Positions 7,810 through 16,216 of a stretch of 41,157 nucleotides of DNA are shown here, in pieces (position 1 is the stretch's first letter; every line of letters begins with the position of its first letter). Origin of the DNA: a virus. The DNA lies in the IMG/VR virus record IMGVR_UViG_3300027754_000048. One strand, given 5' to 3'. Position numbers and translations under genes: made by a program. The notes beneath the pieces were generated by a model that was not told the DNA's origin, did no database searches, and was given only the letters and a program-made list of their open reading frames with translations.

Positions 7810-9852
7810 ATGAAATATATCGTTTCTAATTTCAATTCATGGAAAAGATTAAATGAAGCTGAATCTCCAGGAAGAACTAAGCAAACTGCAGGTATTGGTC
7901 AAAAAATTGTTGGAATTCCAATCGACGAAACTAGCTTTAAAGTAAAAATAGTTCATGATCTCGATGTGTTAGATACATCTGGAAAAATGACTCCACAAGG
8001 GTGGAAAGCTATTTATGACTGGTTAATTGCTCAACCAAGATGGCCATTATATTATACTGGATTGAAGGATATGACAAATAACTTTGTCATCTACTCAGTA
8101 AATAAAGATAATGATCGTAAACAGTTAATCACTTTTGTGATTGTACCTAGGACTTCTGCTCCAGGTCTTCCTGCTACAACTCAAATTGCTCGTCAAGAAG
8201 ATTTAGCAACGATGATTAAGGATCCGCAAAAAGTTACTATTCTAGATCAACAGACACAAAAAGCAGAAAACACTAAAGTCAATACTGACACTGCTGGTTC
8301 TACTGCAAGTAAACCGGTTAAATTGACAACTCCGCTAAGCTTTGATGATTTAAAAACAGTAGATTCATCAAATCCATTATTTAATTTAATAAAATCTGCA
8401 TATTTGGAGATGCAAAAAAATGCATCTATCAAGAAACTTATGTTCTTTGATAAACTAAAAGCAGAACTTAAGAGCGGCTCATTAGGAGATAACTCAGTAC
8501 TTTTAATGAAGGGAATTATTGCAGGTTTTACTATTAATGATGAGTACGGCGATTCACTTGATCAAGTGAATCAAACAGTAGTCGATAAGTTAGCGTTATT
8601 TGTACCCGCTGCGCCAGTTCAAGTTAAAAAGAATGAGTCGACTTCATATTTTCTAGGAATCGACGGAAAAAGACTCTATGAACAAGCGACAACTGATCCA
8701 AATACACAAGTAGCAACTTCAGGTAACTTACCTGCAGGCTTTAATTTAGTTGCTTTCTCTAAAGCTGTAGGTGGAGCACCAGCTGCCGCTGTTACTACTG
8801 GAGATATTAAAGTTCCAAGTGGAGGATTTAAGAAAGGTTCAGTAGCAAAAGGAGACGCTGAATTAAAGAAAGTTCAGCAGTTAATCATTGACAAGTTTGC
8901 AAAGAAATTAGCAGCAAAACCAATATACCAGAAATTTAAAGGCTTTGGAGCAGACGGTAACTGGGGACCAACTACTGAAAAGATGGTCGCGTATTTACAA
9001 GGAGGTTTTAAATTAACAGTAGACGGAACCGTTATCTCTCCTGAGCTTATCAATAAAATTCAAACCAATAAAATTGATGAGAGCTATTTAGGATTAAACT
9101 ATCGAATTGTTGAGCAGTTTGATATGGATGCTGCGGATTCTACTGAAAAAACATATAAATCTAAGTCTAGTACTGGTAAATCATCTACTGGGGAAACAAC
9201 TCAAACTGGCGGAGATAAGTGGAAGACTGCCTATTCAAATATAAAGAAACTTCAAAGCCGTGCGATAAACCAAAAAAATCAAGCTGGCACTCAAATGATA
9301 TGGACGCCTGTACCTGGTGGAGAGTTTTGGCTGACTCAAGAATCAAAGTCTACTTATTTTAAAGACACAACTGCTAACACTACATATAATGGAAAGGCCA
9401 CAGACGATTACATTAATGTTTCATTTACTGATGGAGATAAGCAAGTAAAAATTATAGACTTTGTTAAAGATCCAAAAATAGTAAAGTTCAATGCCGCTGC
9501 ACCTGCACCCGATAAAGCAGATTTTACAGATGAAACACTGACAGATGATGTTGATTGGTTTATCGACAAACTTGATCCTTTAAACTGGATGGACCTAGGT
9601 GAAATCACCGAATTTAAACAAAAATTATCTAAATATAAAGGCAAATTTGCATTAGATGACGACGATGAGGACAACAAAAAGACAGTTCCTGCTCTTAAAC
9701 GAATTTCACAGCTTTATGCTAGAGACGAAGAAGGAGATACTTTATATAAAGACTTGAACGATGTAGGCACCAAATCGATGGGAGCAGAAGGGGTTAAAAT
9801 AAAGACACAAATTTTAAAGATGTTAGCTCCATATAAAGATACTGCTGCATAA
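7810..9852 (+). CDS. Large putative virion-internal protein with a peptidoglycan-binding (PG_binding_1-like) domain
   Basis: Leader MKYIVSNFNSWKRLNEA; KGDAELKKVQQLI...GADGNWGPTTEKMVAYLQ...LTVDG. Confidence 0.7.
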   Translation: MKYIVSNFNSWKRLNEAESPGRTKQTAGIGQKIVGIPIDETSFKVKIVHDLDVLDTSGKMTPQGWKAIYDWLIAQPRWPLYYTGLKDMTNNFVIYSVNKDNDRKQLITFVIVPRTSAPGLPATTQIARQEDLATMIKDPQKVTILDQQTQKAENTKVNTDTAGSTASKPVKLTTPLSFDDLKTVDSSNPLFNLIKSAYLEMQKNASIKKLMFFDKLKAELKSGSLGDNSVLLMKGIIAGFTINDEYGDSLDQVNQTVVDKLALFVPAAPVQVKKNESTSYFLGIDGKRLYEQATTDPNTQVATSGNLPAGFNLVAFSKAVGGAPAAAVTTGDIKVPSGGFKKGSVAKGDAELKKVQQLIIDKFAKKLAAKPIYQKFKGFGADGNWGPTTEKMVAYLQGGFKLTVDGTVISPELINKIQTNKIDESYLGLNYRIVEQFDMDAADSTEKTYKSKSSTGKSSTGETTQTGGDKWKTAYSNIKKLQSRAINQKNQAGTQMIWTPVPGGEFWLTQESKSTYFKDTTANTTYNGKATDDYINVSFTDGDKQVKIIDFVKDPKIVKFNAAAPAPDKADFTDETLTDDVDWFIDKLDPLNWMDLGEITEFKQKLSKYKGKFALDDDDEDNKKTVPALKRISQLYARDEEGDTLYKDLNDVGTKSMGAEGVKIKTQILKMLAPYKDTAA

Positions 9853-10238
9853 TGAGTAAAAACAGAGCAAAATTATTCGATAATTTTATCATCGAAGCAT
9901 ATATAGATCCTGAAGGAGAACTTCAGGATTTTTCTCTATCTCAAGAGGATGAGCTTAAAATCGATGCAGATGCACAGATCGAAGCAATTAAAGATTCGTT
10001 ACGATTAGATGGAGCAAATGAAATTAAAGTAAAAGCTAAAAATGACTTTAGTCGAGTTAGCTTTTATTTTGAATATAGCGGAGAGAATTACATGCTATCG
10101 CTTAACATCGACCATAATTTTTCGATAGTCGTTAAACTTAAATCTGGAAGAGCACCAGATCTAATTTACACTGGCTCGTCAGATACGCTTTTTGATATGT
10201 TAGGTTCAAGTGGACTATATGGTCTACTCGGCTACTAA
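9852..10238 (+). CDS. Hypothetical protein with capsid-targeting-like leader
   Basis: TAATG-coupled to the upstream gene; N-terminus AKLFDNFIIEA. Confidence 0.7.
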   Translation: MSKNRAKLFDNFIIEAYIDPEGELQDFSLSQEDELKIDADAQIEAIKDSLRLDGANEIKVKAKNDFSRVSFYFEYSGENYMLSLNIDHNFSIVVKLKSGRAPDLIYTGSSDTLFDMLGSSGLYGLLGY

Positions 10239-10252
10239 AAAACTTGTTTTTG

Positions 10253-11164
10253 ATGTTATTACAATATTCTAAGTGGAAAAAATTATTAGAGTCTTCGCAG
10301 CCAGATGCCGCTTATCTTAGGATTGATTTTAACGTAATAATAGATATCGTAAAAAAAGATAGCGATACTGCAGATAAAATCTTTTTACAAGCACTAGATA
10401 AAGTTTCAGCTAAATTTTCAGATTCTTGTAAGATTGAGAAAAGGCAGTCATCTAGAACCCATATTCTTGGTGCAGACATAACTGTCTCGTTAGCTGAAGA
10501 AGAAGGATTTGGATTTTTTGCAGAAGCTGGAGTCACTGAACCTCAGGATATGCACATTCATTTTCCATTTGGAATAAAGGTAGACTATTTAGAGGCGTTC
10601 TTTATTAAATGGCGAAAACCTGTAGGAAATCTTGAGAAAAAAGGACCGCACACTGTTCTCTTAACTTCAGAAGATTATAATAAGTCCGAGTCTGATTTAG
10701 TAATAGCATTTTTTGATTTTTTCTTTGAACAGAGAGTATACAATAACGACACTCCAAAGTTAACTAGTGAATTAGTAGATAAAGCTCTACTTTCAACTGA
10801 TCGTAGCAAAAAAGAGAAGTTGTTAGAAGACTTAACTAGCGCAATTAGCGCAGAAGTAGCGCTTCAATATTGTTTAGACCTTCCATATCCGATTCAACAC
10901 AGAACAGTTAACCTTGATGAATATTCAAGAGAGACATCTGCTGCTTTAGATAGATTAAAAGAGATGGCTGAAAATATTTCTTCTGCAAGCGAAGAAGAAA
11001 AGAAAGAATTTGTCATAGCCATCGTTAAATTACAATCTAGATTGGCTACCGCAGCAAAAACAGGTTTTGTAGAAAGGAAGATTGCAGCTGATAGATTAGT
11101 TAAATCATACGACATTTTGGATTTATCTGGGTTATCTGAAAAGGAAATAGAATCTTTCTTATAA
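10253..11164 (+). CDS. Hypothetical protein with capsid-targeting-like leader
   Basis: ATG at 10253 is preferred over TTG at 10244; N-terminus MLLQYSKWKKLLES. Confidence 0.7.
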   Translation: MLLQYSKWKKLLESSQPDAAYLRIDFNVIIDIVKKDSDTADKIFLQALDKVSAKFSDSCKIEKRQSSRTHILGADITVSLAEEEGFGFFAEAGVTEPQDMHIHFPFGIKVDYLEAFFIKWRKPVGNLEKKGPHTVLLTSEDYNKSESDLVIAFFDFFFEQRVYNNDTPKLTSELVDKALLSTDRSKKEKLLEDLTSAISAEVALQYCLDLPYPIQHRTVNLDEYSRETSAALDRLKEMAENISSASEEEKKEFVIAIVKLQSRLATAAKTGFVERKIAADRLVKSYDILDLSGLSEKEIESFL

Positions 11165-11407
11165 AGGACCTCTTCTTCTATTTTGGATCAAACCTTTACG
11201 AGTTGCTCGAGTAACCGTCTTATCGTTATAGCTTCCGATTTGTCCCAACCTTACTTTTCTTGAACATGCAGTGTCTCCACTAAGCTGTCTTTTCGTAAAT
11301 TTTCTTTGTACCTTCTTTTGATATTTTGACATGCATGTAACTTCACGAGTTTCCACACAAGCAGTCATTAGAAAAATACTAAGTAATAATAGGAGTTTTA
11401 ATTTCAT
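11159..11407 (-). CDS. Small basic lipoprotein
   Basis: MKLKLLLLLSIFLMTA-C lipobox; Arg/Lys-rich mature part. Confidence 0.6.
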   Translation of the reverse strand: MKLKLLLLLSIFLMTACVETREVTCMSKYQKKVQRKFTKRQLSGDTACSRKVRLGQIGSYNDKTVTRATRKGLIQNRRRGPL

Positions 11408-11422
11408 CTCCTTGGGATTTTT

Positions 11423-11677
11423 TTATTTACATTTATCGATAAAATCTCGAAGAACAGTTTCTTTTTCATAAGTCAAACTGATTTCGCTATTCATTTGCAA
11501 CATGATCGCATGAATATTTTCTCCATCTGTCTTTGGATTTAATTTGTCTATTTCTTGCAAAGCCTTTTTTCGAATAGTATTTCTGTCGTCTTGTAAATCG
11601 CTAGCTATACTTGCAAAGGTCCATCGCATATTTCCATATGACACTACTGCAAAGAATCTGTGTAATGCTTCTTTCAT
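11423..11677 (-). CDS. Hypothetical protein
   Basis: The ATG at 11677 avoids overlap with the upstream gene and follows an A-rich leader. Confidence 0.6.
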   Translation of the reverse strand: MKEALHRFFAVVSYGNMRWTFASIASDLQDDRNTIRKKALQEIDKLNPKTDGENIHAIMLQMNSEISLTYEKETVLRDFIDKCK

Positions 11678-11682
11678 ATTTT

Positions 11683-12108
11683 TTATTTTACTGCTCCGAA
11701 AAATATTAATAGTACTCCGCAAAATATTTTAAAAGCGTTGCGTTGTCGCTTATACCTTTTACAATTAAGCTTAAGGCTTTCGATCGTTTTCTGATTGATT
11801 GAATCGATTTCAGTTTGATCGGTAATCGTAATTTTATACGAACGAATCGTTTTATCTTGAACCTTGATGGTAGAGTCTTGTTTTGCAATATAGACTTCTC
11901 TTTTCTTGAGAGCGCTATCTAGTTTTACTACTTCTTCTCTGGCACCATCTCCTTTCACGATATCTTGAACCATGTACCTTACCATTGTCTTGGGAAGACA
12001 TATGAGACTATCGTTTTTCTGTGCTGTCTTTGTAGCGGTCTGTGACAAACTTGGAAAGCTCATCACTAGAAAGCTTAACAACATTATAGACTTTTTTGCT
12101 GTTTGCAT
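11683..12108 (-). CDS. Exported coiled-coil protein with C-terminal hydrophobic tail (spanin-like candidate)
   Basis: Signal-like N-terminus, long heptad region, C-terminal FKIFCGVLLIFFGAVK; overlaps the 3' end of 12008..12397. Confidence 0.5.
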   Translation of the reverse strand: MQTAKKSIMLLSFLVMSFPSLSQTATKTAQKNDSLICLPKTMVRYMVQDIVKGDGAREEVVKLDSALKKREVYIAKQDSTIKVQDKTIRSYKITITDQTEIDSINQKTIESLKLNCKRYKRQRNAFKIFCGVLLIFFGAVK

Positions 12109-12397
12109 TTCTTAGTTCTTGTATTTGAATTTGATCTTGTGAGAATTCTTTTTTAAGGATAACCAATGAATCCTTTAATTCTTGTGCTTGTTTTTCGTAC
12201 TCTTGTCTAAGTACATCATCCGCTTCTATCTTCTTCTTTAGGGAATCTACTAGTGCGTTATTGGTGTCGATTATTACTTCCTCTTCAGAAGTTCCTCCAA
12301 AATTAAATGGAAGAGAAGGCAGAGTTGGCCATTTAAAAGGCCAGAACAATATTACAACTGCAATTGTAAGTATTATCCAAAATATTTTTGATTTCAT
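12008..12397 (-). CDS. Membrane-anchored coiled-coil protein (i-spanin/Rz-like candidate)
   Basis: N-terminal TM, Pro linker, long coiled coil; AATAAATA box upstream. Confidence 0.55.
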   Translation of the reverse strand: MKSKIFWIILTIAVVILFWPFKWPTLPSLPFNFGGTSEEEVIIDTNNALVDSLKKKIEADDVLRQEYEKQAQELKDSLVILKKEFSQDQIQIQELRNANSKKVYNVVKLSSDELSKFVTDRYKDSTEKR

Positions 12398-12402
12398 ACT
12401 TT

Positions 12403-12410
12403 TATTTATT
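12403..12410 (-). promoter_or_regulatory. Putative late promoter AATAAATA
   Basis: 5 nt upstream of the 12397 start. Confidence 0.45.
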
Positions 12411-12819
12411 TTGTTTTACGAGTTTGATCTATTTTTAAGTCTTCGCTTCTTCGATAGTCGAGACTACTATGTACAGAGGCCGATTCAAATGTAAACTCTT
12501 GGCAGTCGCAAGAATCCGTCATTCCATCTGATCCATAAAAATAATATACTATATTTTTATCCTGGTCTACTCGATAGACTGAATCTACTGAAACCTGAGT
12601 TATTTCTTTGTCCAGTAAGCCTCCATATACGCTAAGAGTTCCATTAAGCGTTCTATGCCATACATCACCTTGTTCTACTTTACACCTAGACTTAAAAAGT
12701 TTGGGTACATATTTAATGGAAACAAGGAGTAAAAATATCGCAATAATTACTTTTTGGTAAGGTTGTATTCCTCCAGCTGGAGGTGTAGATCTATCTAAAA
12801 TACTCCTTTTTTGGTTCAT
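12406..12819 (-). CDS. Hypothetical membrane-anchored protein
   Basis: One TM segment (VIIAIFLLLVSI) followed by a Cys-containing domain. Confidence 0.6.
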   Translation of the reverse strand: MNQKRSILDRSTPPAGGIQPYQKVIIAIFLLLVSIKYVPKLFKSRCKVEQGDVWHRTLNGTLSVYGGLLDKEITQVSVDSVYRVDQDKNIVYYFYGSDGMTDSCDCQEFTFESASVHSSLDYRRSEDLKIDQTRKTK

Positions 12820-12822
12820 CGA

Positions 12823-13200
12823 TTAATCGTTTTTAAGTTCCTCAGATTCAATCTGAGAGATCGTGTATATGCTATTATTCGTTCTAATTCTGGTTTCAGA
12901 AATGATTTCTGAGATTGCGGATGTCATCCATGTATAGGATGGAGAATACTTAGGATCTAGAATAATACTGCGACCTATTTCCGGAGAATCATGTATTTTC
13001 TTAAAGCGACCTGTTTCGTCCCATTCAATAAATCCAATTTCTGCTCCAACTTTGGTTAACCCATCGTTTTCTCGATATAATCGGTATATAGGTTTTTCTT
13101 TAGGCGTGGTTATTGCGTTAGCAAGTTCGTCGAGCTCAAGGTAATATATCGGTCTATCTTTTAGAATTTGACCTAGCTTTTTAGGTTTTTCGTTTTTCAT
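12823..13200 (-). CDS. Hypothetical phage protein
   Basis: ATGA-type overlap with the upstream gene; ends ...TWMTSAISEII..IRTNNSIYTI. Confidence 0.65.
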   Translation of the reverse strand: MKNEKPKKLGQILKDRPIYYLELDELANAITTPKEKPIYRLYRENDGLTKVGAEIGFIEWDETGRFKKIHDSPEIGRSIILDPKYSPSYTWMTSAISEIISETRIRTNNSIYTISQIESEELKND

Positions 13201-13577
13201 TTTAACGAGCCGTTAATTCGCTGAATAAAAAGAATCGCCGCAATAATGTCTTTTTTGTCGCTATATGGAACCACTTCGTACATTCTATCCTTTATTATAT
13301 CTGAATACTTAGTAGAAGTTCTTTCAACTTTTGTTCGTTTACGATTAAGATACCTACTGTTTGGCATGTCTATGTTGGCTCTGTCTACTGAATCACGGTG
13401 TAGTGTAAATGGAGCATAAGGAATGGCGGTTGCTAGCTTTTCTACTTGGCCAAGATAAATCTCAGTAAGGTCCATTTTGCTCATTTTCGAAAGGCTTGAA
13501 TCTGTGTACACAGGTTGCTGTGCGTGTGCTGATGTTGCCACGGCAATTACAGCAAATAGTACAAATAGTTTTTTCAT
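13197..13577 (-). CDS. Hypothetical exported protein
   Basis: Sec signal MKKLFVLFAVIAVATSAHA-Q. Confidence 0.7.
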   Translation of the reverse strand: MKKLFVLFAVIAVATSAHAQQPVYTDSSLSKMSKMDLTEIYLGQVEKLATAIPYAPFTLHRDSVDRANIDMPNSRYLNRKRTKVERTSTKYSDIIKDRMYEVVPYSDKKDIIAAILFIQRINGSLK

Positions 13578-13597
13578 CTAGGTTATTTTATAAAGTA

Positions 13598-13607
13598 AAG
13601 ATACTTA
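13598..13607 (-). promoter_or_regulatory. Putative early/host-sigma promoter box TAAGTATCTT(TA)
   Basis: One mismatch from Bacteroidota TAnnTTTG; same 10-mer as 3852..3861. Confidence 0.4.
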
Positions 13608-13657
13608 GATTCTAGTGACTTTTAAAATTTATACGAGGTTTACCTTATGAAAAATAG

Positions 13658-13729
13658 TAGGCCTAACCGGACTCGAACCTAACATTACGACTTAGAATGC
13701 AGTAAGTATATTCCTTTAACTATGGGCCC
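13658..13729 (-). tRNA. Degenerate tRNA-Arg(UCU), probably a pseudo-tRNA
   Basis: GGGCCCA-TAGTTAAAGG...ACTGC-ATTCTAA-GTCGT...GGTTCGAGTCC...TAGGCCT-A, 72 nt. Mismatches in the acceptor, anticodon and T stems; no encoded CCA. Confidence 0.65.
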
Positions 13730-13747
13730 AACTGTTTTATTTTCTTC

Positions 13748-13755
13748 TATTTATC
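13748..13755 (-). promoter_or_regulatory. Putative late promoter GATAAATA upstream of the degenerate tRNA
   Basis: Overlaps the stop codon of 13751..15145; 18 nt upstream of the tRNA 5' end. Confidence 0.45.
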
Positions 13756-15145
13756 TTGGTATTGACGTATAGAAGAATCTATTGCTACCGCACCCACTAC
13801 CACCGCAAAGGGAAACAGCAGTTCCATTAAACCACGTAGGTACAGTTGTGGAGGGAGAAGTCGTAAAAAGCGAATTATCGTTGTATAGGAATACCCAAGA
13901 AACACCACCCGCATTATTGAACGCCTTGCCTCCTTTAAACACCCAATAGGGCACGTTTGAAAGCACTACGTTGAGATAGCCACTTGTAGCACCAGCATCT
14001 ATAAGGATAGAAGCATACTGCCCAAACACCTTGTCAATGGTTGCTATTCCTCCACCAAGTCTGATCTTGATAAAGGCTTCTGTTGCTCCGTTTTGACATT
14101 CAAAATGTGTGTTTCTGATCGTAATATCCTTGACAACAGTTGAACTATTACCATCTACATCAATGCCTACTCTAACAGATCCACCCTCAATGATACAATC
14201 TTCTACTACGCAACCTGAAGCAGCGTAGATACCTATTGCTACATCACCACTACCAAAATATCTGCAACTTCGTATCGTTGTGTGATTAGATTGCGAGTTA
14301 CTATTATTCGCTCCACTCCAATTACCTTTATCTACAATCCACCCTCTGTTGCAATTAGTAGAAAAACAGTTTTCTATTGTCGTACGTAAGGCAAACCGTA
14401 AGTGAATAACTTCATCTAAGCTGATTCCAAAAATATTTTCATATACTGCGCCATACGATGGGCCTAAATCTATTCCTATTTGTGTGCTCGTTCCTTGTAA
14501 GTATATGTTTTTAATGGTAAATTTTCTCTCCACTATTATATTAGCATCTCCATTTCCAGAAGGAGTAGGTGATGAAATAATCGAAACATCTCCAGTTGAA
14601 ATTAGCTTTGCATAATTACCGTCTAGCTGAAAACCTTTTGCGTATTTTTCAATGATTAACTGACGTGCTCCTAAATAATATGTTCCACCTTTTGCTTTTA
14701 CGCTTCCTCCATTCGTAGTAGCCATTTTAATTGCCATCTGCCATGCTGCCCAGTCAACATTGTCTGAAGGGGTAGCTCCTATTCCTGGATATAGTGAGGT
14801 AATCATAGTTTGACTAATTCCCTTTTGATAAAAAGTAAGATTTGCATTTATTGCACCAAACTGTTCAGGTGCCCAATCAGTAGCATTTCCAGTTAAATCA
14901 ATTTCTGTAGTTCCTACTTTAAATACTGAATCTTGTACCCACACTCCATTTCCAGTGTGTCGGTATTGTTCGCCAGTGATTGGATTAATGTTATAGTACG
15001 ACATTTTAATCGTGTTGAGAGTCGCAGAAGGATTATAATTTAATTGTGCAGTATCTGCTGTTACTCTATACCAGTTAATAGTGCGCTGTGCTTCTACAAA
15101 AGTTGAGATCAGCAGAATTAAAATCAGTAAGCTTAGTTTTTTCAT
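13751..15145 (-). CDS. Exported right-handed beta-helix (pectin-lyase-like) protein; paralogue of the fibre tip in 20393..23623
   Basis: Sec signal MKKLSLLILILLISTFVEA-Q; DWAAWQMAI..GGSV...GTYY cap; rungs IKNIYLQG, IENC, VEDCIIEG, IRNTHFE. Confidence 0.8.
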   Translation of the reverse strand: MKKLSLLILILLISTFVEAQRTINWYRVTADTAQLNYNPSATLNTIKMSYYNINPITGEQYRHTGNGVWVQDSVFKVGTTEIDLTGNATDWAPEQFGAINANLTFYQKGISQTMITSLYPGIGATPSDNVDWAAWQMAIKMATTNGGSVKAKGGTYYLGARQLIIEKYAKGFQLDGNYAKLISTGDVSIISSPTPSGNGDANIIVERKFTIKNIYLQGTSTQIGIDLGPSYGAVYENIFGISLDEVIHLRFALRTTIENCFSTNCNRGWIVDKGNWSGANNSNSQSNHTTIRSCRYFGSGDVAIGIYAASGCVVEDCIIEGGSVRVGIDVDGNSSTVVKDITIRNTHFECQNGATEAFIKIRLGGGIATIDKVFGQYASILIDAGATSGYLNVVLSNVPYWVFKGGKAFNNAGGVSWVFLYNDNSLFTTSPSTTVPTWFNGTAVSLCGGSGCGSNRFFYTSIPR

Positions 15146-15681
15146 CGTGTTACGATTATTTTTGAGGTTTCTATTAGTTCTTCGTTTTGATATGATAAAA
15201 TTAAATATTGCCCGGGAGTAAATTTACTAGTTGAAATTATATTTTCACCTGGAATCAAAAAATACGTTCCTATCTCCTGAAGCATTAAGTTAAATATTCT
15301 ACACATATATTGGTGATCTGGATCAAATCCAACAAATGCAATTGTATAATCGTCACACAGAGTAGGATAAAATTTTACGTTTTCCGCCAAGTTATCTTCT
15401 AGAACGATCCAATAGTCATAGTCACTTGGATTACCAAGCACTTTTCCGTTTTTAACAGTAATCTCAGCTGCGACTATGTATTGACCGTCATCTTGAAATT
15501 CTGAAAGTTCGCTAAGTTCTTTTGCCCAAACAATGTGGCCAGTTTCGTCGGTTCTAACTACTACAGCTTTTCGAAAAGAATCTTCCCTTAGAAAATTTCG
15601 ATTAACGTTATAGTATTCTGGAGATTGTGCCATGCAAAAATTGGCAACACACAACATTAAAGTTAATAGTAATGGTCTCAT
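15142..15681 (-). CDS. Small exported protein with a T9SS type-A C-terminal sorting-domain-like region
   Basis: Signal peptide ending in A-Q. FYPT...IFNLMLQEI...ISTSKFTPGQYLI...ETSKIIV parallels CTD-A YPNP...IYDxxGxxV...IxxxxLxxGxYxx...xxKxxx. Also a fragment like Bacteroidota propeller repeats (DETGHIVWAK, DDGQYIVA, DYDYWIV). Confidence 0.65.
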   Translation of the reverse strand: MRPLLLTLMLCVANFCMAQSPEYYNVNRNFLREDSFRKAVVVRTDETGHIVWAKELSELSEFQDDGQYIVAAEITVKNGKVLGNPSDYDYWIVLEDNLAENVKFYPTLCDDYTIAFVGFDPDHQYMCRIFNLMLQEIGTYFLIPGENIISTSKFTPGQYLILSYQNEELIETSKIIVTR

Positions 15682-15732
15682 TTGCGTTCTATTTTTTTAG
15701 AGTGAGACCTTTTAAAAAAGGCCATTCTTTAT

Positions 15733-15740
15733 TATTTATT
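15733..15740 (-). promoter_or_regulatory. Putative late promoter AATAAATA in the loop of an inverted repeat
   Basis: Flanked by CCATTCTT (15722-15729) and AAGAATGG (15742-15749). Confidence 0.5.
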
Positions 15741-15763
15741 TAAGAATGGTCAGTATATAAACA

Positions 15764-15789
15764 ATGGCTCCAGACGAGTCTGGAGCCAT
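15764..15789 (-). terminator. Intrinsic terminator hairpin after 15812..16201
   Basis: Perfect inverted repeat ATGGCTCCAGAC-GA-GTCTGGAGCCAT followed by TGTTT on the minus strand. Confidence 0.7.
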
Positions 15790-15811
15790 ATATTTTTAAA
15801 AATTAAGGTTT

Positions 15812-16201
15812 TTATTCGTGTGTAAAAATAGCGAGCACTGAACGAATGTTACGTTGTCGATCTCTTAATCTTTCAATCTCTATCTTTTTAAGAGAAAAAT
15901 CATTTTGTAATAAATCGCTCTTCGTTTTCAAAGAATTAATTTCTAAATCGTGCTTAATTAATTCAATAAACGCTACTTCTCGAGATTCGGCATTTGAATA
16001 TTTCTTTTTACCAGTGTCATCTGTTTCAGCGGCAATCCTTCCTTTGATAGTAAGCTCAAGAGAAGAAATTGTATCTGCCATTGAAGCAGTGTCCTTTCCC
16101 AAACCTAGAGCTTCAATTTGAAGATCTGCGATTTTATCTGAGAGCAATAATAGCTCGTTTGCAAGTTCTGTGATATTCTTTTCCATGAAGTAATAGGACA
16201 A
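15812..16201 (-). CDS. Hypothetical coiled-coil protein
   Basis: All-helical heptad pattern with central KKYSNAESRE; the start may be the second Met. Confidence 0.65.
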   Translation of the reverse strand: MSYYFMEKNITELANELLLLSDKIADLQIEALGLGKDTASMADTISSLELTIKGRIAAETDDTGKKKYSNAESREVAFIELIKHDLEINSLKTKSDLLQNDFSLKKIEIERLRDRQRNIRSVLAIFTHE

Positions 16202-16216
16202 AACTTTGCAGAAATA

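Noticed and set aside
5780-10266. AAAC-N15/16-TAnnAT promoter-like pattern (before sigma, before clpP, at 10240)
   Set aside because: Spacing is inconsistent and one instance overlaps a likely coding start; not supportable from this window.
13690-13700. Amber-suppressor (CUA) reading of the degenerate tRNA, or stop-codon recoding of the genome
   Set aside because: Centring the loop on CTA destroys the anticodon stem. Conserved genes are full length in code 11, and TAG, TGA and TAA all end genes at sensible boundaries.
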